NCBI GenBank assembly: GCA_051884615.1
Contig: JBJEVT010000041.1
Span: forward strand, 125,898-189,897
Direction: 5' to 3'
DNA from: Oligosphaeraceae bacterium
Lineage (GTDB): Bacteria; Verrucomicrobiota; Lentisphaeria; Oligosphaerales; Oligosphaeraceae
Length of the DNA: 64,000 nucleotides
Shown: positions 36,231-44,278 of the stretch, piece after piece
Numbering within the stretch: position 1 is the first letter of the stretch
How the letters are laid out: every line of letters begins with the position of its first letter
Program-made: the position numbers and the translations under genes
The notes under the pieces: model-generated
Told to the model about the DNA's origin: nothing
Databases searched by the model: none
The model's input: the letters and a program-made list of their open reading frames with translations, nothing else

Positions 36231-38750
36231 ATGCCCCATTATCCCGTCATCGACCTTTGCGGAACCTGGCAACTGAGCCAGAGCGGCCAGAGCAACGCCA
36301 TTCCCGCCCAAATTCCCGGAGACAACTACTCCGCTCTCCTGGAGAACGGGCTGATCCCCGATCCCTACTACGGAGAGAACGAGCGGGATGTGCAGTGGGT
36401 CGCCGATGTGGACTGGGTCTACCAGCGCACCTTCTTCGTGCCCCCGGAACTGCTGAAGGCCCAGGGCGTCCTCCTGAATCTGGACTCGGTGGACACCGTG
36501 GCGACCCTCTTCCTCAACGGCAGGGAAGTGGCGCGCCTCAACGACCAGTTCCTGCGCTTCCGGAAGGATGTGAAGTCCTTTCTCAAGGCGGGGGAGAACA
36601 CCATCCGCCTGGAATTCCGGGCCGTCCGGCAGGCCGGCGAGGATGCCGCCAAGGAGATGCTGGTCCATCCCCCGGAAATGGGCTGGTTCACCACCGTCAA
36701 GAAACTGAACTATCTGCGGAAATGCCAATGCTCCGCCGGATGGGACTGGGGCATCTCCCTGCCCTCCTCCGGCATGACCGGAAAGTGCTACCTGGAGGGC
36801 GTGGACCAGGCGGTACTGGACTACGTCTATGATGTCCAGACCCACCGGAAAGGCTCCTGCGACGTCCTCCTCACCGCGGAGCTCACTCCCCTGGAAAGCA
36901 CCCCCATCGGCGAGAAGGTGACCGTGGATTTCCTCTTCAACGGACAGAAGAAGAAGGGAACCGCCACGGTGCCCCGGGTGGGAAAGATGACCACCTCCGC
37001 GAAATTCACCGTGAAGTCCCCCGCCCTCTGGTGGCCCAACGGCTTCGGGGAACAACCCCTCCATCCCCTCCAGGTCACCTGCAACGGACAGGTCATCACC
37101 CAGCAGCTGGGCCTCCGGGAATTGAAGGTGGTGAACGAAAAGGACGACGTCGGCTTCAGCATGGTCTTCCAGGTCAACGGAGTCCGCATCTTCGCCAAAG
37201 GCGCGGACTGGATCCCCTGCGACGCCATGCCCCAGAGACATACCCAGGAACACTACCAGAATCTCCTGGAAAGCGCACGGGACGCCAATATGAACATGGT
37301 GCGCCTCTGGGGAGGCGGCAAATTCGAGGAGGACGCCTTCTATCAGGAATGCGACCGCCTGGGACTCCTGATCTGGCACGACAATATGTTCGCCTGCGCC
37401 ATCTACCCCGACGCCCCGCAGTTCCTCCAGAATGTCCACGATGAAATCACCCACCAGGTGAAACGCCTTCGCCACCACCCCGCCCTCGCCCTGTGGTGCG
37501 GAGACAACGAACTCATCGGCTCCGTGAACAGCGCCGGGGACAACCGCCGGCAGCGGGACGAATGGCTGGTTCTCTACGACCGCCTGAACCAGACCGTGGG
37601 CAAAGCCATCACCGACGCCGACGACACCCATATCTTCTGGCCCTCCTCCCCCTGCGCCGGCCCCAACAACTTCGCCGACAACTGGCTTGCGGACGCCGAC
37701 GGCGACATGCACTACTGGCAGGTCTGGCATGGCGGCGCCACCTTCGAGGACTACTACAAGGTGCGCCCCCGCTTCTGCAGCGAGTTCGGCTTCCAGTCCT
37801 TCCCCTCCCTGGAAACGGTGCGCACCTTCGCCGACGCGGAGGATTTCAATGTCTTCTGCCCGGTCTTCGACCGTCACCAGAAGGCGGGTCTGCCCGCCAA
37901 TTCCAAGATCGTGGGCATGTTCGGCAACTACTTCCGGATGCCGGCTTCCTTCCCTGCCATCCTCTACCTCTCCCAAATCCAGCAGGGGCTTGCCATCCGC
38001 ACCGGCGTGGAATACTGGCATAGCCTGCGCCCCCGCTGCATGGGCACCATCTTCTGGCAGCTGAACGACAACTGGCCCGTTGCCTCCTGGTCCTCCCTGG
38101 AATATTCCGGGCGCTGGAAGGCCCTCCACTACATGGCAAGGCGCTTCTACGCCCCCGTCTCGGTGGTGGCCTACCACACCAGCCCGGAGAAGCCCATGGA
38201 GGCCTTCTTCGTCACCGACCTGCCCGGAAAGGTGGAGGCCACCGTCCTCTTCACTCTTCTGGACGTGGCCAGCGGCAAGCCCGTCCTGAAGAAGGAATAT
38301 GTGGTCAAGGCGGACCGCATGGGCTCCCTTCCCCTGGATGTGCCCGACTTCTACCACGACACGAAAGCACGGAAGGGACACGCCGCCCAGGATTGCTTCC
38401 TCCTGCTGGAGGTGAATGCCACCGAGGAGAACGGCACCAGGCACCAGTACCGGGAGACCCTGGCGCTGGCGCGCTGGAAGGATATGCGCCTGCCCCAGTG
38501 CAAGGTGAAGGTCGCCGAGGTCGCTCCTACGGGAAAGGACAAGCGGAACTTCCAGATCACCCTCCAGGCCGACGCCCCCGCCTTCTATCTGTGGCTCGCC
38601 CTGAAGAGCGATCCCCACGCACGCTTCCAGGACAACGCCTTCACCCTCCTCCCCGGAACCACCACCCTCCAGGTGACCACCAGCGCAGACTACACTCCCG
38701 CAAAACTGGCCAGGGATTTGACTCTCTGCCACCTCCGGGAAACCTACTAG
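36231..38750 (+). CDS. Beta-mannosidase, glycoside hydrolase family 2
   Basis: From ATG 36231: LCGTWQLS...IPAQIPGDNYSALLENGLIPDPYYGENE..., MVRLWGGGKFEED, WHDNMFAC, WCGDNE and FCSEFGFQSFP, which is typical of the GH2 beta-mannosidase (ManB/BmnA) layout. Confidence 0.9.
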   Translation: MPHYPVIDLCGTWQLSQSGQSNAIPAQIPGDNYSALLENGLIPDPYYGENERDVQWVADVDWVYQRTFFVPPELLKAQGVLLNLDSVDTVATLFLNGREVARLNDQFLRFRKDVKSFLKAGENTIRLEFRAVRQAGEDAAKEMLVHPPEMGWFTTVKKLNYLRKCQCSAGWDWGISLPSSGMTGKCYLEGVDQAVLDYVYDVQTHRKGSCDVLLTAELTPLESTPIGEKVTVDFLFNGQKKKGTATVPRVGKMTTSAKFTVKSPALWWPNGFGEQPLHPLQVTCNGQVITQQLGLRELKVVNEKDDVGFSMVFQVNGVRIFAKGADWIPCDAMPQRHTQEHYQNLLESARDANMNMVRLWGGGKFEEDAFYQECDRLGLLIWHDNMFACAIYPDAPQFLQNVHDEITHQVKRLRHHPALALWCGDNELIGSVNSAGDNRRQRDEWLVLYDRLNQTVGKAITDADDTHIFWPSSPCAGPNNFADNWLADADGDMHYWQVWHGGATFEDYYKVRPRFCSEFGFQSFPSLETVRTFADAEDFNVFCPVFDRHQKAGLPANSKIVGMFGNYFRMPASFPAILYLSQIQQGLAIRTGVEYWHSLRPRCMGTIFWQLNDNWPVASWSSLEYSGRWKALHYMARRFYAPVSVVAYHTSPEKPMEAFFVTDLPGKVEATVLFTLLDVASGKPVLKKEYVVKADRMGSLPLDVPDFYHDTKARKGHAAQDCFLLLEVNATEENGTRHQYRETLALARWKDMRLPQCKVKVAEVAPTGKDKRNFQITLQADAPAFYLWLALKSDPHARFQDNAFTLLPGTTTLQVTTSADYTPAKLARDLTLCHLRETY

Positions 38751-38778
38751 CCTCCCCCCACCAGGGGAAATACGAAAA

Positions 38779-38815
38779 CCGCCGCCCCTTTGCTGCAAGG
38801 GACGGCGGTTTTTAT
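38779..38815 (+). terminator. Rho-independent terminator between convergent genes
   Basis: Stem ccgccgcccctt / aagggacggcgg (one mismatch) with loop tgctgc, followed by tttttattt. An aaaa run precedes the stem, so it could act in both directions. Confidence 0.7.
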
Positions 38816-38846
38816 TTATAACTCGTTGATTACAAACAAGTTATAA
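38816..38846. repeat. 31-nt AT-rich palindromic intergenic motif, copy 1 (TTATAACTCGTTGATTACAAACAAGTTATAA)
   Basis: Read directly. The arms TTATAAC/GTTATAA are reverse complements. 27/31 positions are identical to copy 2 at 50930. Confidence 0.9.
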
Positions 38847-38848
38847 TA

Positions 38849-39961
38849 TTATTGCACTTTCACCAGCTCGTATTCCCGGGTGCCCAGGCCGATCTTCTCG
38901 GCGTGCTCCAGCTGAAGCTTCCAGTTGGTGCTGGGGGAGATGGTGGTGAAGTGGTCTCCCTTGGGCTTCTTGGCGAGGTCGCCCAGCTTGCTCTGGGGCA
39001 CCATGGGGGCGGCGTTGACGGCGTCCGCGCAGGCCTGGTCCAGAGCCACGGGGTCGAAGGAGGCGAAGATGCCGATGTTGGGGACGATGGCGGCGTCGTT
39101 TTCCGGATGGCAATCGCAGTTGGGGGAGACATCCATCACCAGGCTCACATGGAAATGGGGGCGGTGGTACAGGACCGCCATGGCGTATTCCGCCATCTTC
39201 TTGTCCAGGGAGCCGGGGTGGGAGACGGAGGAAGGTTCGATGGCATCCTTGGGGCAGACCCCCATGCACTGTCCGCAGCCCACGCACTTCTGGTGGTCCA
39301 GATGGGCCTTTCCATTCACGAAGACCGGGGCTTCGTGGGCGCAGATTCTGACGCAGTGGCGGCAGCCCACGCATTTATCGGGGTTCACCTGGGGCTTTTC
39401 GTCGCAATGCTGGTCCATCTTGCCGGCGCGGGAGCCGCAGCCCATGCCAATGTTCTTGATGGCGCCGCCGAACCCCGTGCCCTCATGCCCCTTGAAATGG
39501 GTCAGGGACAGGAAGACATCCGCATCCATGATGGCGCGTCCGATGCGGGCCTCCTTCACCAGCTCCCCGTTGTGCACCGGCACCACCACCTCGTCATTCC
39601 CCCGCAGGCCGTCCCCGATGAGGATATGGCATCCGGTGGTGTAGGGAGTGAAGCCGTTGAGATAGGCCGTCTCGATATGGGACAAGGCATCCCGGCGGTG
39701 CCCCACATAGAGGGTGTTGCAGTCCGTCAGGAAGGGCTTGCCGCCCAGGCGCTTCACCTCGTCCCCCAGGGCGCGGGCGTAGTTGGGACGCACAAAGGAG
39801 AGGTTTCCCAGCTCGCCGAAGTGGAGCTTGATGGCCACGAAACGTCCGGAAAAGGGGAGTTTCTCCATCCCCGCCGCCCGGGTCAGCTGCACCATCTTGC
39901 CGGCGAGACCATCCCCGAAGGCCTTGGTCCGCAGGTCCGTGAAATAGACTTTCGCTTTCAT
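38849..39961 (-). CDS. DUF362 domain protein with an embedded 2x[4Fe-4S] ferredoxin domain
   Basis: From Met at 39961: MKAKVYFTDLR...AIKLHFGE...FLTDCNTLY...SLTHFKGHEGTGFGGAIKNIGMGC is the DUF362 core. Two CxxCxxCxxxCP motifs follow (CVGCRHCVRICAHEAP, CVGCGQCMGVCPKDA). Confidence 0.88.
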   Translation of the reverse strand: MKAKVYFTDLRTKAFGDGLAGKMVQLTRAAGMEKLPFSGRFVAIKLHFGELGNLSFVRPNYARALGDEVKRLGGKPFLTDCNTLYVGHRRDALSHIETAYLNGFTPYTTGCHILIGDGLRGNDEVVVPVHNGELVKEARIGRAIMDADVFLSLTHFKGHEGTGFGGAIKNIGMGCGSRAGKMDQHCDEKPQVNPDKCVGCRHCVRICAHEAPVFVNGKAHLDHQKCVGCGQCMGVCPKDAIEPSSVSHPGSLDKKMAEYAMAVLYHRPHFHVSLVMDVSPNCDCHPENDAAIVPNIGIFASFDPVALDQACADAVNAAPMVPQSKLGDLAKKPKGDHFTTISPSTNWKLQLEHAEKIGLGTREYELVKVQ

Positions 39962-39981
39962 TTGGGAAAACACCTCTCGTG

Positions 39982-40010
39982 ATTCTACCAACAGGACAGG
40001 GGGACGACAA
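39982..40010 (-). promoter_or_regulatory. Putative promoter for the DUF362 gene (TTGTCG-17 nt-TAGAAT with TG extension)
   Basis: The minus strand reads ttgtcg tccccctgtcctgttgg tagaat. The -10 hexamer ends about 20 nt before the ATG, and GAGAGG serves as an SD. Confidence 0.4.
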
Positions 40011-40098
40011 ACAACACCTGGGGAAAACACCCCTGGACGTCCCCTTACCCCTGATTGCCGCCCAATATATTCCCTCGCCCCCGTCCCCCCGCCAGCGG

Positions 40099-40122
40099 GG
40101 AAATCTGGAAATCTGGAAATCC
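40099..40122. repeat. Three tandem 8-nt direct repeats (GGAAATCT x2 plus GGAAATCC) clamped by the inverted repeat AGCGG/CCGCT
   Basis: Read directly as ccAGCGGggaaatctggaaatctggaaatcCCGCTcccc. The element lies in the 212-nt spacer between the MTHFR-like and DUF362 genes. Confidence 0.85.
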
Positions 40123-40173
40123 GCTCCCCGAGGAGCTCTCTGCGGGGTCCGTGTCCGTCCCGTTGAAGCGGGG

Positions 40174-41523
40174 TCAGCGTTCCAGCTCGGGGAGGCGTCC
40201 CTGGGCGGCGGCAAGGGCCAGGACGCGCCGGAAGAAGCAGAGCCCCTCCCGGCAGTCACATTCTCCCTCCCCGTTCACATTTCCGCAGGCGCCGCCGGTG
40301 AGCCCCTTGGGGCACTGGGCGTTGGGGAGATATCCCAAGGCGCCCAGGGCGGGAAGCTGCCGGGGGGTCACGCCGCAGAGTTTGCAGAGGAAATCCCGGA
40401 GTTTGGGGGAGGTGGTGGGCGTGGAGGCCTTTCGCAGGAGGCGGGAGACCAGCCGGTCGTTCCAGGAGGGCTTTCCCACATCCAGGGCGCTGGTGGGGTC
40501 GAAATCCAGGTGTCCGGGATCCCGTCCGTGTTCCTGGAGGAGTCCGGCGAAGAGATAGCGTGGATTCTTCACGGGGGGTCTCATGACCAAGGCATTCTCC
40601 TGGCGCCATGCCGCCAGCCAGGAATCATAGTCGGGGCATTTTTCCTGGCACAGGAGGAACTCCTCCTGGAGGGCGGCACGGTCCATGCCGGTGTGTTCCC
40701 CCGCCAGCAGCACGCCGCTGAAGCCCAGGCGCCGGAATCCGGTCATCAGGAGGGCAAGGGAGCGGGCCTGGAAGCGGCGTCCTTCCTCCGTGCCCTGGTC
40801 ATAGGCCTCCTTCAGGGCGCGCAGATGCAATTCGGGAAGGAGGACGCCTGGCGGCAGGCAATGGGGAAGCAGTTCCATCTGGTCGCGGGAGAGCCAGAGA
40901 ACCCGGGCCACCACGGGCACCATGGTGTCCCGGATTTGGAGGAGCCATTGGAGTTCCTGCGCCTTCCCCATGTCCCATCCGGCCTGGCACAGGAGGAACC
41001 GGGCGCCCCGGGAGAGTTTCCGCGCGGCCTTGGCGTAGGCCAGCGCCATGTCGGGGGCGGTGTATTTGGAGACGTTGACCGTGGCGCCCGTCAGAATCCG
41101 GGGGCACTTGCTTCGGCAGAAGGTCAGGGCATCCACGGAATCCACATAGGATTCCTCCAGCGGGAGGGCGTCTCCGCTGGCAGCGCAGACTCCCTGGTAT
41201 CCCCCGGCGGTCAAGGCGCCGGACTCCAGGGCGTCGGAGAGCTGGGTGCGGGTGCGTCCCTTGCCCGAGAGCATCCTCACCATGGGGCGGGGGAACTCCC
41301 GGGAGAAGGCGGCGCCGAAGGCCTCCGGGGAGAAGCGTTCCAGCTCGTCGGGGCGGTCCGCCACCACGGCGCCGTAGAGCCAGGGCTCCCCGGCGTATTC
41401 CACCCCCATGCTCCGGGCAATCTCCTCCAGGGCCTGGGGAGACAGATCCGAGGTGGGAGGCACCACCTCGACCAGCACCCGGAAGACCCCGCTCAACAAT
41501 CCATCCAGAAATGATTCCGACAT
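40174..41523 (-). CDS. Methylenetetrahydrofolate reductase-like TIM-barrel protein with a C-terminal Cys-rich (MTHFR_C / MetV-like) domain
   Basis: From Met at 41523 (449 aa): the N-terminal two-thirds resemble MetF-family proteins (VEVVPP..., ...FLLCQAGWD...). The C-terminus CKLCGVTPRQL...AQCPKGLTGGACGNVNGEGECDC matches my recollection of the MTHFR C-terminal zinc-ribbon-like domain. The family call is tentative. Confidence 0.6.
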   Translation of the reverse strand: MSESFLDGLLSGVFRVLVEVVPPTSDLSPQALEEIARSMGVEYAGEPWLYGAVVADRPDELERFSPEAFGAAFSREFPRPMVRMLSGKGRTRTQLSDALESGALTAGGYQGVCAASGDALPLEESYVDSVDALTFCRSKCPRILTGATVNVSKYTAPDMALAYAKAARKLSRGARFLLCQAGWDMGKAQELQWLLQIRDTMVPVVARVLWLSRDQMELLPHCLPPGVLLPELHLRALKEAYDQGTEEGRRFQARSLALLMTGFRRLGFSGVLLAGEHTGMDRAALQEEFLLCQEKCPDYDSWLAAWRQENALVMRPPVKNPRYLFAGLLQEHGRDPGHLDFDPTSALDVGKPSWNDRLVSRLLRKASTPTTSPKLRDFLCKLCGVTPRQLPALGALGYLPNAQCPKGLTGGACGNVNGEGECDCREGLCFFRRVLALAAAQGRLPELER

Positions 41524-41548
41524 CCTCGTCCCCGTTGCTTCTTCCGCA

Positions 41549-42970
41549 CTACCACCAGAGATAGCCTGCCAATTCCAAGGCACGGCGGCGGGACAGGTAG
41601 TCCCCGAAGGACCCGCCCGCCGGACTCCAGGCGGATTCCGCCGCCGCCACCAGCCGGGGGAAGAACTTTGCGCCGAGACGCCATTCCGGCACCAGTTCCG
41701 TCCACAGGGGACATTCCAGGCCCAGGAGGCGCGTTCCCAGCTTCTCCCCCATGTGGGCGGCGGGGTTGGCGGAGTAGACCCCCTCCTCCGAGAGATTCAC
41801 CATCCAGCTGAAGCGGGGTTCCTCCGGGGATTGGGGGTAATCCAGATAGTAGGCGTTGTCGATGGAGGAGATCACCAGATTCTCCGCCTTGTCGTGCCAG
41901 GCGCAGGCGTTCATGTCGTTGGCGTTGCCCCAGCACTGCAGCACGTTTTCCGGGGTGAGGATCGCCTCGGTGCGCCAGGAGATGGGGGTCCGTCCGTGGT
42001 CCAGCAGGAACTGGGAGAGTTCCCGCATGAACCATTCCTCCAGCTTTCGGGCGCTGGGCAACCCCAGCTCCCGGCATTTCGCCTGGCACTTGGGGCAGGC
42101 ACGCCAGTTCCCGTCCCATGCCTCGTCTCCCCCGATATGGAAATACCGGCTTTCCGGGAAGAGTTCCATGGCCTCCTGGAAACGGGCCTTGGCGAAGGCG
42201 AGAGAATCGGGATTGCCCAGACACACCTCGTTGCTGGCGCCCTCGGGATCGCAGCGCAGCTCCTTGTGGAGGGTCAGCAGCCCCCCGTTGTGCCCCGGAA
42301 AATCAATCTCCGGCACAATCATGATCCCGTTCTCCCGGGCCACGGCGCGGATTTCCTGGATCTCCTCCACCCGGTAGCCGCCCTCCTGGAGCCTTCCCAG
42401 CGTGGAGAGCTCCGGCGCCCCCGGGCAGGGCAGGCGCCAGCCCTCGCCGTCCGTGAGATGCCAATGAAAGCGGTTCAGCCGCAGCCGGCCCATGGCGCGC
42501 AGCAGCCGTTTGACGACCTCAGCGCTTTGGAAATGCCGGGCGGAATCCAGCATGACGCCCCGCCAGGGGAGCCGGGGCTGGTCCGTCAGGGTGCCACATT
42601 CCAGCATGGCCTGGTCGGCCCCGTAGCGGTAGGCAAGATAGAGCAGTTGCTCCAGGGTGTTCAAGCCGTAGATGCGGCCGGAGGCATCGCTGAAGGCCAG
42701 GGAGATGCGGCTGGGGGTCACCTCCAGGCGAAATCCCTCCGCCGGCAATGTCGCCTCCTGGGAAAGCACCAGCTGGGCATCCCCCTCGCAAGGCACCGGC
42801 TCCGTCCCGAAGCGCCGCAAAGTCTCCCCCAGACGCTCCGCCGCCAAAGGATTCAGGGAAAGGGTCTTGCCAAAGAGAAACTCGCCCGCCCCACGCTTGC
42901 ACTCCAGGGAACGGGGGACGGCGCCCGCAAAGGCCGGGGCCAGGGGCTCATAAGAGGTGGGTCTGGGCAT
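41549..42970 (-). CDS. Beta-N-acetylhexosaminidase, glycoside hydrolase family 20
   Basis: PWRGVMLDSARHF, LNRFHWHLTDGEGWR, IVPEIDFPGH and YFHIGGDEAW (catalytic D-E pair) are present. Met at 42970 is chosen because the longer track N-terminus looks non-coding. Confidence 0.9.
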   Translation of the reverse strand: MPRPTSYEPLAPAFAGAVPRSLECKRGAGEFLFGKTLSLNPLAAERLGETLRRFGTEPVPCEGDAQLVLSQEATLPAEGFRLEVTPSRISLAFSDASGRIYGLNTLEQLLYLAYRYGADQAMLECGTLTDQPRLPWRGVMLDSARHFQSAEVVKRLLRAMGRLRLNRFHWHLTDGEGWRLPCPGAPELSTLGRLQEGGYRVEEIQEIRAVARENGIMIVPEIDFPGHNGGLLTLHKELRCDPEGASNEVCLGNPDSLAFAKARFQEAMELFPESRYFHIGGDEAWDGNWRACPKCQAKCRELGLPSARKLEEWFMRELSQFLLDHGRTPISWRTEAILTPENVLQCWGNANDMNACAWHDKAENLVISSIDNAYYLDYPQSPEEPRFSWMVNLSEEGVYSANPAAHMGEKLGTRLLGLECPLWTELVPEWRLGAKFFPRLVAAAESAWSPAGGSFGDYLSRRRALELAGYLWW

Positions 42971-43158
42971 GAATCGTCTGGGGTTGGGAAAAAGACACGC
43001 TGGAAAATACGGGGCGCCCCCCGCCAAGGAACGGCGGGAACCGACGCAGGACAAGGAGGAATATAAGGGGCAATCCCCGAACCGACCCCCATGGACGAGG
43101 GAAAGGAACACCTCTGCCCCCCATCCCCCCCCAAAAACAACCGGTGTATTTTTGACAT

Positions 43159-43189
43159 TCATAACCCATTGAAAAAAAAAAACTTATGA
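43159..43189. repeat. 31-nt AT-rich palindromic intergenic motif, copy 3 (TCATAACCCATTGAAAAAAAAAAACTTATGA)
   Basis: It has the same length and layout as copies 1 and 2, with 22/31 identity to copy 1. The arm change T->C at position 2 is mirrored by A->G at position 30. Confidence 0.7.
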
Positions 43190-43275
43190 TATCGTACCCG
43201 CTGTCCCTCCCCCCTTGGGAACGCGAGAACTGCCTTTCCCTCCTCCAAACATTTGCAACATAAGGAATCCCCACC

Positions 43276-43809
43276 ATGTTCTGCACAAGCTGCGGCCGCG
43301 AGCTAGGTAATAATGCCAGCCTCTGCGTCCATTGCGGAGTTCTCTGCGGCACGGCAAAGAAGTTCTGTGCCACCTGCGGAAAACCCGTCTTCGAGAATCA
43401 GGCCATCTGCCTGGGCTGCGGATGCGCTCTGCCAAATGTTCAGGGACAACAGAATGCTGCAACTGCCCCCGCCGTGGATTGGTTGGCCGCATCACAAGCA
43501 CAAGCACAGGCACAGCAGCCTCAATATCAACAACCCACTCCCCTTGCGCCTCCGCCTTCTGCGGTTCCCGGGACTTTCCGCAAGGACTGGCTCTCCACGC
43601 TTCTGATCGGAATCTTCCTGGGATGGTGCGGCGCCCACCGTTTCTATGTAGGGAAAGTGGGAACCGGCATCTTGTTCGTCGTCATTCTGCTTTCCTGCAT
43701 TCCCACCTACGGCATCACCCTCATTTTTCTGCTTGTTTGGTGGATTATCGACGTGGTCAACATCGGCCACAAGCAATTCACCGACGGCAAGGGCAATGTG
43801 ATCCAGTGA
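43276..43809 (+). CDS. TM2-domain membrane protein with an N-terminal double zinc ribbon
   Basis: Two CxxC-x11-CxxC units are present (CTSCG...CVHCG, CATCG...CLGCG), followed by a Q/P-rich linker. The TM2 signature is WLSTLLIGIFLGWCGAHRFYVGKVGTGILF. Confidence 0.85.
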   Translation: MFCTSCGRELGNNASLCVHCGVLCGTAKKFCATCGKPVFENQAICLGCGCALPNVQGQQNAATAPAVDWLAASQAQAQAQQPQYQQPTPLAPPPSAVPGTFRKDWLSTLLIGIFLGWCGAHRFYVGKVGTGILFVVILLSCIPTYGITLIFLLVWWIIDVVNIGHKQFTDGKGNVIQ

Positions 43810-43969
43810 CCTTCCGGGCGGGGGGGCCGGCTGGCAAAATCCCCCGGGTGGATTATGTTAACGCCATTTCCCGCCGAAGGGGAGCGACCAGGGGTTCTCC
43901 CTGGATTTCCAGGTTTTCCTCCGGCTTTCGACGATCCCTTTCCCAATGGCCCCAAGGGGGTGATACAGC

Positions 43970-44131
43970 ATGCCAGAAGTCAAGCTCCGCAAAGGTGAAC
44001 CCATCGAGCGCGCCATCCGCCATCTTCGCAAGAAGATGGACAAGGAGAATGTGATGGACGAATACAAGTCCCGCCAGGCTTATGTGAAGCCCTGCGAGGC
44101 CCGTCGTCGCGCGGCCGGCCTCATCCGGTAA
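43970..44131 (+). CDS. rpsU: 30S ribosomal protein S21
   Basis: The 53-aa ORF is MPEVKLRKGEPIERAIRHLRKKMDKENVMDEYKSRQAYVKPCEARRRAAGLIR, the bS21 pattern (..V.V..ge..e.AlrrfKr....g......r.~y.kPse.rr). An AAGGGGG SD is present. It is below the track cutoff. Confidence 0.9.
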   Translation: MPEVKLRKGEPIERAIRHLRKKMDKENVMDEYKSRQAYVKPCEARRRAAGLIR

Positions 44132-44278
44132 CGTCTCGTCCCTCCCGCTTCCGAAAGCGAGCAGAGCCCTGAATTTCCTTCAGCTCTCTGTTCGCTTTCT
44201 TCGTTTCTGGGGGAGGCAGACTCCTGCGTTTTCTCCCCCGCCCCGTCCTTCCTCCGCCCCATCCCTCCCTCCCCCGCC

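Noticed and set aside
38826-38847. Reading the 31-nt motif as a sigma70 promoter (TTGATT ... TATAAT; similarly TTGAAT...TATAAC and TTGAAA...TATGAT in the other copies).
   Set aside because: The hexamers are separated by only 10 nt in all three copies, far from the 16-18 nt needed. Copy 1 would also fire antisense into the 3' end of a convergent gene.
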